Origin: an uncultured Methylomirabilota bacterium
Lineage (GTDB): Bacteria > Methylomirabilota > Methylomirabilia > CAVQYV01
Direction: 5' to 3'
Assembly (NCBI GenBank): GCA_963718295.1
Contig: CAVQYV010000003.1
Location: forward strand, 16,482-80,481
Length of the DNA stretch: 64,000 bases
The position numbers were made by a program, and so were the translations under genes. The notes beneath the pieces are model-generated. The model saw nothing but the letters and a program-made list of their open reading frames with translations, was not told the origin of the DNA and ran no database searches. Positions 46,979-57,274 of the stretch are shown here, piece by piece. Position 1 is the stretch's first letter, and the number at the start of each line of letters is the position of its first letter.

Positions 46979-49900
46979 TTACCCCTGTATCGGCTCCTCA
47001 TCATCCCAGCCAGGCTCGGTTGCTGCAGTCGTTACCCAGCCCACAGTACCCCGGTAATCAATCCTCTGCCACTTTATGCCCTCCAACTCCTGGGATCCCT
47101 CCAACACCGTGACCTTTGCTTTCGGCGGGAGATAGCCCACGGGAAACGTGGCCGGTTCGTTGAAGACAGCGCTGGACCACCCGTGGTGCAGTTTCTTCTC
47201 GTCCCTCGCAAGAAGCTCTGGTATCCTCGCTTGGAACTGTCGAAATTCATCGCCATCCAACAAGCTCTCAACTTCATTTTTGCTGGGTAGGCTCGCGAAA
47301 CGAGCGGCGATGAATTCTGGTACAGGACTGGCCTTCATGTGAACAACCGCGTGCGGTTCCTCCCTTTCCTCGTATAAACAGAATACTTGCATATTGTGAT
47401 CGATCTTTTCAATCTCTAAGACATGTTCATGTACCTCTCTTGGCTCCATTGTGTCTACGTTGTCAATAACCTCCCAGTGGCTGAATGTCTTCTTTCCATA
47501 GCGTGGTGGTGCGCTAAGCTGAACACGCGTGCCTCTGGGGTAGATTCGGTAGATGTTCCCGTAGCCGTTGCCGCGTCCATTCGTATCGTCTGGAGAGCAC
47601 TCAAGCAACGGAACATGTCGCCCATGCATACGCACATCCAGGACGCAATAGTTGTCATCAGCCACAGTCCAGTTGAGAGACCATTTCAGAATCACGGACT
47701 TGAGGACCGGCGCGTGCACATGGCGCGCAAAACGCACTTTGATGTCAGTCCAAGCGGCGGGTTGGGCAATCTTCTCCTGAATTGACTTGTTTGTATTTCC
47801 CAGCAGGGAATCCAACAACTCCAGAGAAGCCTGGCTCGGGCATATCCGGTCCACCTTCTTCTTGCCGCCAAAGTGGTATGTCACGCCCCAGATCTGCTGC
47901 GAGTCCTGCCCCATGGTGGCGCTGCTTGCGGATGTGGGATGGCGTACCACATAGAGGGCGTTGCCTGCGCGCATGGTCCCATCGCCCAAGGGCTCCAATG
48001 TAAAGTCCACGCTGCCGCTTTCCGGGGTTGGTTGGCCGTCGGGTTCAAAGTCCAGTTCTTCAACTTCAACGTCCTCGATCCTGACCTTCTCCGCTCGAGG
48101 CAGGATGCAGTTGAAGTCTCTCAGGTTGATGACGGCTTCACCGGTGGCATTAAGCTGAGAGATAATATCGGGAGTTTGATCGGCCGACAGCCGAATCTGG
48201 AGATGGCCCGTGTATTCCGGATGGAAATTCGTTTTCAGTTTGTCTTCAATCTTGCGCAGTTCTGATTTGAACAACGGGGCCAGCGTATCGGCGATTTTGA
48301 TTAAGGCGCCGCCGATCTCCTGTCCTGCGAGCAGGGGAGTGATTTTGTCGAAAATCCCGGTCAGATGGAAGTTGACTGTAATCGGCTCGATCACTGCATA
48401 CTCGTAGCACTTGGCGAGGTAATATAGATACTTGACTAGCATGAAACGGGCATTTTGGTCCATATTCTTGGCGTAGAGGAGAGCTTCGTGGTCGAGAATA
48501 GACAGTTTCTCGCGTTGTTGGCGCCCCGCCGAACTCACAGCCAGAAGATTTGACGTGACCTGGGAGTAAGCAGATGACAAGCTTTGAAGGCCTTCGGCCA
48601 GTTTCTCAAGGAACTCCGCTTTTCGCACATTCAGCGCTTCCAGGTCGCGCACGATTTCCTGAAAGTCAGGACTCTCCGCCTCAAGTTGCCTGAGTCTGGC
48701 GTCCACTTCACTGTGAGGTACATTGAGACCTGCGATGGAGTCGGTGATCCCTGCGAGCGCGGGGCCGATCGTATTGCCCACATGGGTCAGCGTGGCAGCC
48801 TTGCTCGCAGCATCTTTGGTCTTCGCGTCCCCTTCCTCCTTCGCTGCCTCGACAATGTCAGCCGCTTTGCTTTCCAATTTCGCTTTCGCAACGTCCGCCA
48901 GCAGGCTACTCAGCGGGCCGACCGTTTTGACGGGATCATCGGATTTGATCACATTGTCGGCGATCACCTTGCCGGCAGACCCCAGAGCGCCCAACGCAGG
49001 CTGCCCGTAGGGGATCACCTGGCAAAGGGCGGAGATCGTGCTGACTCCAAAATTGATCCACGCCGCTGCGATAGCTTTGTCCTCGGCCTTATTCATCAAG
49101 TCGGTTCGCTTGTTGCCCAGCTTTACCATAAGCCCCGCTATTTCCTGTTCCAATGCCTGGGCCTGCTCTCTAAGCTTCCTAAGGTTGTCCTTCTCTCCCT
49201 CGATTCTTTTAAGCTCCCTCTCAGTTTCCCTGTTCAATGTATCAATCGACTCGCCCGCTATTGCGGTTGCTTCCTGCGCCTGTGCGGCCTTTTGCTGAAT
49301 CCACTTCGCAAGCGCCAGCGTCCTGATTCCATGGTTCACCTCGTCATCATACATTTTAAGGCATACCGGCAGGGAAAACAGAGGGGTCCAGCCTGAGGGA
49401 TTCCCGAAGTAATCAAGGTGGCTTTCGATCCGATGCAGCAGCGTGGCCAATTCGGTCAGGGTCTGATGATAAAGCGATTCGTTAAACCCAATGCCAGACC
49501 GTTCTATAATCGGTCTAAATTCCGAGGTTGACGGCGGCGACTCCAGCGCGGTTATGTATTCTTTCAATAATGGCGCCATTTGCTCCATCTTCCCCGGCGA
49601 CATCAGGTAGGCATCGCGGACATATAACAAAAACGTCTGGAGCGATGATGGGTGCAGCCACGCATTCCCGAAATCTTGAACGCTATTTGTCTCACGCTTT
49701 CCGTATGTTCCTTTCTCCTTTTTCGCAATTGGAGCTTCAAAGCTTTTACCTTCTTTTGTTGTGCGCTTGTCGATTTCACGACACCAATGCCCATGCAACC
49801 CGCCCACAGGATCAGTATAACATCTGATATCGTATTTTGCGCTTTCATACGGAGACCCCCGTTTTCCCCCAACAACGTCCTTGGCTCTTTCACCAGCCAT

Positions 49901-51217
49901 TTCGCCGGAGGTATCGACGATGTCACTTGGCGCGGCCAACTTTTCGGTTGCAGAGGCCACTTTCTGATCAGCCATCTGTACAATCAACCTTATCTGCTGA
50001 ACGTTCTGTTTGATGCTAGCCGCATTCTTCCGCTCATAGGGAATTCTGCCCTCCAAAAAATGGCCCGCTTTCGTCAACACAATTTGGGTAAACTCCTTTG
50101 CCTCAGCAAATGCGGCTGCCAGTGTTGGCTCTGCCGCCTCGGCCGCTTGTTGTGCGGCGGATATCGCCTCCTCGGACTGTTGCAGCAGTTCTTGCGTATC
50201 TTTCACCGCCTGCAGAAACTGTTCTTTCTGTTCGTTGCGGGAATATTTTGCGATTCTTTCCAGGCTTTTCATGCTTAGAAGTGCGGCCTCAACCGATTTC
50301 TTCGCAGCATGCGCCTTTTGGCTTGCCTCTGGTAACCCCTTCCTATCTCTGCCAAATTCCAATGTTTCGATGGCCCACAATGGAAATACACCGGAGAAAC
50401 AGCCGCCGTCCCCACCATCGCCCGGTTTTCCGGGCTCCTTTGCATCCGTGCCGTCTTTCGGCCACTCGTTGCATCCCCATGCCCACGTGTCTCCTGTTGC
50501 CCCGTGCGGACCCCAAATACAATCTTCAAGATGCCAATACACAGCAGGGGGGTTAAAGGAATACTTTAAATGACCATATGTTGCTTCATTCGCATAATCA
50601 ACGTTCAAGCGGAGTTCATTCCCATCGCTACCGTTCTCCCCCGCATGAGCAGCTTGCCCCTTTCCTCCGCGCAGACAGAAGTGGTTGTCCTTTACGTGGT
50701 CGGTTTCGAACTCATAGACATATACAGAGATGTTGCCCGCCGGTCGGCCGTGTGTGCCTTCATTCCCCTCAGCAGCCCTCTCGTTGCCATAGGGTAATGG
50801 ACTCGTCATAATGCGTCCGGGTCTGCCATGTTGTTCTTTGAACACCAGCTTGCGCGCAAAGATATACACATCTGTTTCCGGTAAGCACAACTCTCCACTG
50901 ATAACCAGTTCATCAGCGCAGATTGTTAGTTTCCGGATCGTTCCTTTCGGCGATGGTGCGTCAGGTAGCTTGTTCTCCTTCGGATCTTGGTGATAACTCC
51001 GGAACAGACCGTTGACATCATCCTCCTTACTAAACAGCACACGCATGCCGGAGATCACATGATTCTCTGAATCGTCTGCATTCTTCTGCTTTGTAATGGT
51101 GACATATAAAGAACTTGATGGGTCCGGCAGGTCGGGGTAATGGCTAACATAGTCTCGTTCGGGCTTGATTTCTGGCATTTGAAGTTCTTGTGGGGTTTCC
51201 ATTTCCCATCCCTCCAT
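46979..51217 (-). CDS. Giant uncharacterised protein (1412 aa), long central coiled-coil/alpha-helical region, C-terminal SH3b-like domain
   Basis: Uninterrupted ORF in a lower-GC island. The N-terminal ~300 aa are Gly-rich (GKPGDGGDGG). The central ~700 aa are Ala/Glu/Lys-rich with heptad-like periodicity. The C-terminus reads AKVTVLEGSQELEGIKWQRIDYRGTVGWVTTA (SH3b-like). No signal peptide. No Walker motifs seen. Confidence 0.75.
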   Translation of the reverse strand: MEGWEMETPQELQMPEIKPERDYVSHYPDLPDPSSSLYVTITKQKNADDSENHVISGMRVLFSKEDDVNGLFRSYHQDPKENKLPDAPSPKGTIRKLTICADELVISGELCLPETDVYIFARKLVFKEQHGRPGRIMTSPLPYGNERAAEGNEGTHGRPAGNISVYVYEFETDHVKDNHFCLRGGKGQAAHAGENGSDGNELRLNVDYANEATYGHLKYSFNPPAVYWHLEDCIWGPHGATGDTWAWGCNEWPKDGTDAKEPGKPGDGGDGGCFSGVFPLWAIETLEFGRDRKGLPEASQKAHAAKKSVEAALLSMKSLERIAKYSRNEQKEQFLQAVKDTQELLQQSEEAISAAQQAAEAAEPTLAAAFAEAKEFTQIVLTKAGHFLEGRIPYERKNAASIKQNVQQIRLIVQMADQKVASATEKLAAPSDIVDTSGEMAGERAKDVVGGKRGSPYESAKYDIRCYTDPVGGLHGHWCREIDKRTTKEGKSFEAPIAKKEKGTYGKRETNSVQDFGNAWLHPSSLQTFLLYVRDAYLMSPGKMEQMAPLLKEYITALESPPSTSEFRPIIERSGIGFNESLYHQTLTELATLLHRIESHLDYFGNPSGWTPLFSLPVCLKMYDDEVNHGIRTLALAKWIQQKAAQAQEATAIAGESIDTLNRETERELKRIEGEKDNLRKLREQAQALEQEIAGLMVKLGNKRTDLMNKAEDKAIAAAWINFGVSTISALCQVIPYGQPALGALGSAGKVIADNVIKSDDPVKTVGPLSSLLADVAKAKLESKAADIVEAAKEEGDAKTKDAASKAATLTHVGNTIGPALAGITDSIAGLNVPHSEVDARLRQLEAESPDFQEIVRDLEALNVRKAEFLEKLAEGLQSLSSAYSQVTSNLLAVSSAGRQQREKLSILDHEALLYAKNMDQNARFMLVKYLYYLAKCYEYAVIEPITVNFHLTGIFDKITPLLAGQEIGGALIKIADTLAPLFKSELRKIEDKLKTNFHPEYTGHLQIRLSADQTPDIISQLNATGEAVINLRDFNCILPRAEKVRIEDVEVEELDFEPDGQPTPESGSVDFTLEPLGDGTMRAGNALYVVRHPTSASSATMGQDSQQIWGVTYHFGGKKKVDRICPSQASLELLDSLLGNTNKSIQEKIAQPAAWTDIKVRFARHVHAPVLKSVILKWSLNWTVADDNYCVLDVRMHGRHVPLLECSPDDTNGRGNGYGNIYRIYPRGTRVQLSAPPRYGKKTFSHWEVIDNVDTMEPREVHEHVLEIEKIDHNMQVFCLYEEREEPHAVVHMKASPVPEFIAARFASLPSKNEVESLLDGDEFRQFQARIPELLARDEKKLHHGWSSAVFNEPATFPVGYLPPKAKVTVLEGSQELEGIKWQRIDYRGTVGWVTTAATEPGWDDEEPIQG

Positions 51218-51496
51218 CTTTCTTGGTTTGACACCAACCCCTTAATACTACAAGCATCCGGTGCATCCGGCAGGCATCCGGGGCAGGCATATGGGCATAT
51301 GGTGTCACATCTTGAATTGTGAATAAATTGACTCAAGCTTTTCTCTGAATCTACGATCGACCTGCTTCATCCGCAGCTTGGCCGATCGGACAATATGGCT
51401 GACAGAGGAATAAGTGAGACCAAAGAGATCGGCGATTCGCTGATTCGTACACATCTTCCCCCAAGATAGAGACGAAAAAGAGAGTTTTCATGAAGG

Positions 51497-52114
51497 TCAG
51501 AACACACCAATTCTCAGTAGATGCTTATTGTGCAATTTCGTCAGCAGGATGATTGCAACAATCGAGCCTATCAGACAGAGAAACATATCGCTTTGTGTAT
51601 CCCAGATGTAACCCTGTGTTCCAAGAAAGGCTTCTGTGTCGGTCGGATCGGAAAGGGAGGCCAGCCATTCAATAATTTCGTATACTGCCGAAAAAGCCAG
51701 AGGTACAGCGACAGATACAACACCAAGCCACTTGCCGCGCCTGAGAGGTGATGTTCGCGCCATGATCTCACGCGTATATATTGCCGGGCCAAAACCCTGC
51801 ATGAAGTGCCCGATCTTGTCGTAATTGTTACGAGTCCAGCCAAACCAATCTTCCATCCAAAAGCCTATCGGGACTCTGGCGTAAGAGTAATGGCCCCCCA
51901 ACATTAGGATCATGGCGTGGATTGCGATAAGAGTATAGGTTAAATTCGTCAACGGAAATCTATTATATGTAAACAGTAAAACCGGTAAAGCAATCATGAA
52001 CGGGAAGGTTTCCAATACCCAGGTGAGGCGGGTATCATGCGGCTTAATTCCCGACCAAACCCAAAAGACCAATACTATTATCAGCAATATCATGCGATAT
52101 TGATTGGATGACAT
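51497..52114 (-). CDS. DUF2238 (YjdF-like) inner-membrane protein
   Basis: Start MSSNQYRMILLIIVLVFWVW after a GGAAAGGAGG RBS. Multi-TM. Resembles the YjdF family. Confidence 0.65.
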   Translation of the reverse strand: MSSNQYRMILLIIVLVFWVWSGIKPHDTRLTWVLETFPFMIALPVLLFTYNRFPLTNLTYTLIAIHAMILMLGGHYSYARVPIGFWMEDWFGWTRNNYDKIGHFMQGFGPAIYTREIMARTSPLRRGKWLGVVSVAVPLAFSAVYEIIEWLASLSDPTDTEAFLGTQGYIWDTQSDMFLCLIGSIVAIILLTKLHNKHLLRIGVF

Positions 52115-52159
52115 GCAGTACCTCCTTTCCGACACCTCTATGTTTGATCGGCCCAAGGG

Positions 52160-52260
52160 CCGAATTGAGCGGCCGCCGCAGACGGCGCGTGTTCAGTGAA
52201 CGCTTGCGTCCGCGCTCCAGCCACGACCGTTAGGGCATCGGCTGCATGCCCGGTTGGGCG
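52160..52260 (+). repeat. MITE-like intergenic repeat, copy C (partial: box1 and the variable middle only)
   Basis: ccgaattgagcggccgccgcagacggcgcg + gaacgcttgcgtccgcgc + ccacgaccgt. It lies in the 5' leader of the DUF2238 gene. Confidence 0.4.
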
Positions 52261-52333
52261 ATGGCTTATGCTTTTCACGTTGTCCGCCCTCAGGGGCTGA
52301 TCCCCTTGCCTCCCTTGCTATCGAATCGCCCGT

Positions 52334-53197
52334 TCAACCCGGCTGATTGGGATTTGGAAGAAGCCCGAGAACTTCGCTTGCCTTAGCCTGAAAACTCAGA
52401 CTCCTATCTCTCAAATCCGGTGGCACCTCGGGATAATGTGGATTGATCCGCACCAGGTGGGCCCCTGGTGTCAGTTTTGCCAGCCGTTCGCATGGCCAGC
52501 GCACCCACACCGGTGTGCTAAGGCCCGACCCGATGTCAATGACCAGAAGTCTTTTGCCCGCCAGATTGCCAATCCATCGATTGAGCCTTCCCTCCCCTTC
52601 CATCCAGGGCCTTTCAACGAACCATCTTCCTCCGCGAACATTGAGAGAAATGTTGCCCCTACAACGGGGGCACACAGGGTAGCGGCCTTTCGGCAGAGTG
52701 CCGGTCTGTTTGTCAATCAACGGCAGGTATTCTTCAAGGACCGGTTCCAAGGGGTAGATATCCTGACTGCAAGGGGTCAAGCATTGGTGAAAGGCGTAGT
52801 CCCCCTGAGGCGTGAAGGTTCGTTCTGCAGGAAAACCGTGTCGGACGAACAATGCGTCCACATTCGTAGTCAGAACGAAGGTGTCCTTCCTTTCGACCAG
52901 TCTGAGCAGGGTTTTGTAGATTCCCATCTCGACCGGTCCAAAACGGACTTCCGCAGCATGGGACAGGTAATAGCCCAACAAAAGTTCCTGGGGGAGGTCC
53001 GTCACTCCCATCATCATCAATTTGTTGCGATAGCCAAGCCCGTAAAGCCCTGGATATTTCTTGGCAAAGGAAGCCTCGTCGGTATAATCAACTCCGGCGT
53101 CGGCGGAGAGGCCCGCACCGGCGCCGATAAGAACCGACTCGGACGCATCAAGCCAAGCAGAAAAACGTCCTATTTTTCCATCAAAGGCACTTCTCAT
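52334..53197 (-). CDS. SIR2-family (sirtuin) NAD-dependent deacylase/ADP-ribosyltransferase
   Basis: GAGAGLSADAGV (the GAGxS motif), TTNVDALFVRHGF (catalytic N, D and H) and Zn ligands in CLTPC...CPRC. The start was chosen at M 53197 to avoid overlap with the macro gene. Confidence 0.8.
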   Translation of the reverse strand: MRSAFDGKIGRFSAWLDASESVLIGAGAGLSADAGVDYTDEASFAKKYPGLYGLGYRNKLMMMGVTDLPQELLLGYYLSHAAEVRFGPVEMGIYKTLLRLVERKDTFVLTTNVDALFVRHGFPAERTFTPQGDYAFHQCLTPCSQDIYPLEPVLEEYLPLIDKQTGTLPKGRYPVCPRCRGNISLNVRGGRWFVERPWMEGEGRLNRWIGNLAGKRLLVIDIGSGLSTPVWVRWPCERLAKLTPGAHLVRINPHYPEVPPDLRDRSLSFQAKASEVLGLLPNPNQPG

Positions 53198-53207
53198 GGG
53201 ACGTCCC

Positions 53208-54119
53208 TTATGGGTGACTCTCGGCCAAGACCTTGCAGTAGGTGTCATAATCACGTTTCGAAAAGAGGTCAAAAACCACCAGATCGAATCTTCCCGGATG
53301 GTCCAGCAACCATTGATCCACCGTTTTTACTGCGATTCTGGCCGCTGGCATGGCGGGAAACCCAAAGACGCCGGTAGAGATCGAACAGAACGCGATGCTT
53401 CGAATTGCCGAAACCTCTGATGCGAGATCTAGACACGCACGATAACTGCTTGATAGAAGTGCTTTCTCATCCTCGGGGATGTTTTCCGGGTTCCCATGGA
53501 AGATAGGACCGACCGTGTGCAGAACGAAGCGGGAGGGCAAATGGTAAGCCCTTGTGATCTTTGCCTGCCCAACTTCTTCGGAAGAACCCTGAATCCCCAT
53601 GATGATAGCCGTATCCTCTCTCAGCCGTGGGCCGGCGGCAGCGTGAATGGCGTTATCTACGCAGGCATGAAAAGGCTTGAAACACCCCAAAAGGGCGTCA
53701 TTAGCTGCGTTGACAATACAATCCACCTTCAATCCTGTGATGTCTCCTTGCCACAGAGCCCCCAGCTTCCCGGATAAGAAGCCGGGACAATCCGGAAACT
53801 GCTCCGAGATCCGGGGCAGAGACCCCGGATAGAAGGGAGGGATCAGCGCCCTTTCATAGGCCAAGAGCCCATCCAAAGTATTGAGACAACCTGAAGGAAA
53901 CGGAAGGGGGGGTCTCGAAATCAGGGTGGCATACAAGGATTTTCGGGGCGTGCCATACTTCTCAATAAGGACGTTCTTTTCCCTAACTGAGGTCAGATCC
54001 GAAAGAAGACGATCGATCAGATGGGGAATATCCGATGGGGCAATAGCGGGGCCTTTGGGAATGAAAGTTTCGTCAAGATGGACAATGCCCCGATAATCAG
54101 AAAGAAGAACTCTTTTCAT
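53208..54119 (-). CDS. Macro-domain protein (ADP-ribose / O-acetyl-ADP-ribose processing) with an ~110-aa N-terminal extension
   Basis: GDITGLKVDCIVNAANDALLG ... SIAFCSISTGVFGFP are macro-domain signature regions. It lies immediately upstream of the sirtuin gene on the same strand. Confidence 0.8.
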   Translation of the reverse strand: MKRVLLSDYRGIVHLDETFIPKGPAIAPSDIPHLIDRLLSDLTSVREKNVLIEKYGTPRKSLYATLISRPPLPFPSGCLNTLDGLLAYERALIPPFYPGSLPRISEQFPDCPGFLSGKLGALWQGDITGLKVDCIVNAANDALLGCFKPFHACVDNAIHAAAGPRLREDTAIIMGIQGSSEEVGQAKITRAYHLPSRFVLHTVGPIFHGNPENIPEDEKALLSSSYRACLDLASEVSAIRSIAFCSISTGVFGFPAMPAARIAVKTVDQWLLDHPGRFDLVVFDLFSKRDYDTYCKVLAESHP

Positions 54120-54210
54120 AGATTACCTTCAACAGCAGAATGCGAAAACACCGATTGAGTTCACCATCCTTTTCTTTCGTGGTGGTCTGACCCCTCTTTC
54201 TCCACTTTCT

Positions 54211-54828
54211 CTACCGTCCCACGCAGATGGACCCAATAACCAACGCTTTTCCTCCGATGATCAAGGAAGCCCAGTTCCCGAAGGAGTCCGCGAATCGCTC
54301 CATTCTTCCCGACAGGATGAGATATCCTTCCGCCCATTCTCGTGAAGGATAAACGTAAACCCTTACGCCGCCCAGGGTGGTGCCGTGGATTTCCAGAGAG
54401 GATTTGAAGTACCTCACCTGACCATTGACCTTCAGGTAACAATCCCCTCCTGCGCATCGAAAACGAATATAGACACATTCAAGGGGGCCAATATCGAAGG
54501 CAGCTCCCAAATGATCCAGTAGCAAACCCCTCCCCCAGCCTTGAGTCTGCCTTTCATCCACCACGCTTGCAGTCCCTGAGAACCAAAACCCGGAGGGCAT
54601 TTCATAGGGAAGGATTCTCATAAGGAATCCAGGAGGGCTTTGGATGATAGCTGAGTCTCCGCTGGGGACGATGAGCTCGACCGGATCGATGCAAGGCACA
54701 GCTTGGGCATCGGAGATCATCAGATTCGTCGGCTCGCCGCCAAAGACCGCCATCAAGGCTAAAGCGCCTATAGCCCACCCCCATCTATGGGGATGCCGGG
54801 TGCCGTGGAAAGGATATCTGCTCTTCAC
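54211..54828 (-). CDS. Hypothetical protein, possibly GNAT-fold (weak), with an N-terminal hydrophobic segment
   Basis: 205 aa. RQTQGWGRGLLLDHL resembles GNAT motif A (Q/R-x-x-G-x-G/A). Otherwise unassigned. Confidence 0.4.
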   Translation of the reverse strand: MKSRYPFHGTRHPHRWGWAIGALALMAVFGGEPTNLMISDAQAVPCIDPVELIVPSGDSAIIQSPPGFLMRILPYEMPSGFWFSGTASVVDERQTQGWGRGLLLDHLGAAFDIGPLECVYIRFRCAGGDCYLKVNGQVRYFKSSLEIHGTTLGGVRVYVYPSREWAEGYLILSGRMERFADSFGNWASLIIGGKALVIGSICVGR

Positions 54829-55013
54829 TTGTCTTTTCCTCCTAGTTCACTTAAGGCTCCCGATTGGTATCCGGCCTTGCTCTTTCTCGACCCCAATCGG
54901 ATTCGAGGCAATAGCGGCGTGCCATCCGGCGTCAAGAAGGGTCATGGGGTCAAATCTTTATTCTTGATAAAATGGGTGACCCTCTTTCCTTTCCCTTCCC
55001 CTAATTACGCCGG

Positions 55014-55535
55014 TCAATTCTCATGGAGCCTGACACGGATGCGGGTAATGACGTCATTGGCCACCGAATCGACGGTCACCATTGTGGAGGCCGCCGCCAC
55101 CGCATCGAAATCGCGATCCTTTTTCTCCGGCAGCCATTTGCCATTGCCTGAAGTGGTCACTACTATCATGTCTTCCTGCTGGGCATGACGGTCCAGGAAT
55201 GCCTGGATGTCCGGGTCCAGCCCCCAGGCGATGCAGGTGCCGATGAGGACCACCGCGGAATAGTCTGCGGCATTGACCGCGTCGAGCTGTTCGATACCGA
55301 CGATCCTGATCGACGCGCCGTCGGATTGCAGGGCCTCTTTGAGCCTGGCGACCAGGGCATCCTTGAACTCACTGTTGCGTGAGGCCACCAATACGCGCTG
55401 AGCGGCGGCAGGGCCTGTCACTTCAGAGGGGGCGATATCCTCCTGCGGCCAGAGAAGCCTCGGCAGGGCGCATCCCAGTTGCATGCAGATCAATGAGCAG
55501 CACAATACATACAATAAAAGGCTGCGATTCTTCAT
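55014..55535 (-). CDS. Lipoprotein, flavodoxin-like alpha/beta fold (hypothetical)
   Basis: 173 aa. Signal peptide with lipobox-like LICMQLGC. Confidence 0.55.
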   Translation of the reverse strand: MKNRSLLLYVLCCSLICMQLGCALPRLLWPQEDIAPSEVTGPAAAQRVLVASRNSEFKDALVARLKEALQSDGASIRIVGIEQLDAVNAADYSAVVLIGTCIAWGLDPDIQAFLDRHAQQEDMIVVTTSGNGKWLPEKKDRDFDAVAAASTMVTVDSVANDVITRIRVRLHEN

Positions 55536-55558
55536 GGACAGCTCCTTTGATTGCCAGA

Positions 55559-55602
55559 GTCGGAAATGGAGGTCAGCCCGTCAAGGGCTGACCTCCATTT
55601 CT
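55559..55602 (-). terminator. Strong intrinsic terminator: perfect 17-bp stem gaaatggaggtcagccc / gggctgacctccatttc, loop gtcaa, then a T-tract
   Basis: Perfect inverted repeat directly downstream of the SDR gene stop (55762). Confidence 0.6.
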
Positions 55603-55761
55603 TTCCCCGCCTCTCTCCAACTAAGGCTCCACCGATTCCCTCAGCAATATATCCTCTTTCAGTTCTCAGATCAAAACCGGAAGGCATCCCTTTTCCTTCC
55701 CTTGAAGGCAATTCAATGATATGCGCCCGGCTTCCTGGAAGACAACCCCAAGGGGTGGCAT

Positions 55762-57246
55762 TCACCTCCTCTCCGGCGTCTCCCCGCGCTGCAGAACGAC
55801 CGCCCTCCGGTCAATTTGGTTGATGAGCCCGCTGAAGATCAGTCCATGAATGGGATAAAGTCCATACCAATACAGCAGCCCCGACAACCCCTTGGGCCCG
55901 AAGATGGCGGTCTGTGAAAGCAAACACCCTCCATTGGCTCGGGGCAACAACTGGAACTGCAGCCAGGCTTTGCCGGGCAGCTTCATCTCAGCCCGCAGGC
56001 GCAATAGATGAGGCGGTTCGAGGGCTTCCACTCGCCAGAAATCCAGGGCATCGCCCACGCGAAGGCCGTCGGGGTCCCTTCGCCCCCGGCGGAGCCCCAC
56101 ACCGCCCACCAGGCGATCGACAAGCCCGCGCACCTCCCAGGCTCCATTCAGAAAGAGCCAACCCCGATCGCCTCCCATCCCCATAATCACCCGGTAAACC
56201 ATTTCCGGTGGGGCAAGGACGATCTTTTGACGCTGCTCGGTCACTATGCCCTCTTTCGCCGAAAGGGTGACCGGCGGGACGTCGCCCTGGCTGATACAGA
56301 GGGCATCGCACCAGGAGGTCTCCACCTCCCCCGCCTCCAATTTCGCCAAGGCCCGCTGCACCGCAGTTCGATAGTCCGCAGGTTGGATGTGGGGGAAAAG
56401 CTGCCGGGCAGCAGGGTCACGGACGATGTTCTCATTGCGCAGGCCCTGGATCAGTGGCCGTGCCATGGATGCCGGAATGGGGGTGACGAGATTCACCCAG
56501 TAGGAGGACAGGCGAGGGGTCAGGACTGAAACGGGTAGCATCCACCGCTTTAGGCCTCGTTCTTGGGCATAGATCATCATCATCTCCCGGTAGGTGATGA
56601 TGTCGGCCCCTCCTATCTCGATCGTCCGGCCCCGGCTTTCCGGCACTTCCAGGGCGGCAACCAGGTAATCCAGCACATCCCGGATGCTTATGGGCTGCGT
56701 CCGGGTATATACCCAGCGCGGGCAGATCATGACCGGCAAACGCTCCGTCAGGTGGCGGATCATCTCGAAGGAGACGCTGCCCGAGCCGATGATCACCGCT
56801 GCGCGAAACTCGGTCACCGGCACACCCGAGGCGCGAAGCGCCTCGCCCGTCTGCTGCCGGGAGCGGAGGTGCTCCGAGAGGCTCGCCCCAGGGTCTGCCA
56901 GACCTCCGAGGTAGATCAGCCGATCGATGCCGGCTGCCCGAGCGGCAGCACCGAAATTACGAGCGGCAACCAAATCTCGCTGGTGAAAGTCCGGACCACC
57001 CGTCATACTATGTACCAGGTAGTACGCAACCTGCACCTGCTCCATGGCGGAGGCAAGACTCTCGGGACGGAGCACATCGCCGTTCCGGACCTCTACCTGG
57101 CTTTGCCAGGTGCGCCCTTGTAGCCGGGTTGCGTCGCGCACCAGACAGCGGACCTTGTATCCCTTTTCCAACAGATGAGGGACCAGTCTTCCGCCGATGT
57201 AGCCGGTCGCGCCGGTCACCAAGATGAGAGGCTGGGGAGTGTTCAT
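55762..57246 (-). CDS. NAD(P)-binding NmrA/atypical-SDR family protein with a C-terminal DUF2867 domain
   Basis: LILVTGATGYIGGRLVPHLLEKGYKVRCLVR is a Rossmann motif. About 494 aa with the two-domain architecture. Confidence 0.8.
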   Translation of the reverse strand: MNTPQPLILVTGATGYIGGRLVPHLLEKGYKVRCLVRDATRLQGRTWQSQVEVRNGDVLRPESLASAMEQVQVAYYLVHSMTGGPDFHQRDLVAARNFGAAARAAGIDRLIYLGGLADPGASLSEHLRSRQQTGEALRASGVPVTEFRAAVIIGSGSVSFEMIRHLTERLPVMICPRWVYTRTQPISIRDVLDYLVAALEVPESRGRTIEIGGADIITYREMMMIYAQERGLKRWMLPVSVLTPRLSSYWVNLVTPIPASMARPLIQGLRNENIVRDPAARQLFPHIQPADYRTAVQRALAKLEAGEVETSWCDALCISQGDVPPVTLSAKEGIVTEQRQKIVLAPPEMVYRVIMGMGGDRGWLFLNGAWEVRGLVDRLVGGVGLRRGRRDPDGLRVGDALDFWRVEALEPPHLLRLRAEMKLPGKAWLQFQLLPRANGGCLLSQTAIFGPKGLSGLLYWYGLYPIHGLIFSGLINQIDRRAVVLQRGETPERR

Positions 57247-57274
57247 TGCCCCGATATCCTCATTATGGCACTTT

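Noticed and set aside
51340-51450. Minus-strand mini-ORF MCTNQRIADLFGLTYSSVSHIVRSAKLRMKQVDRRFREK... between the DUF2238 gene and the giant gene, resembling a helix-turn-helix / sigma region-4 fragment.
   Set aside because: It is only about 49 aa, below a reliable size, with no RBS and no complete domain. It may be a gene fragment. Noted but not annotated.
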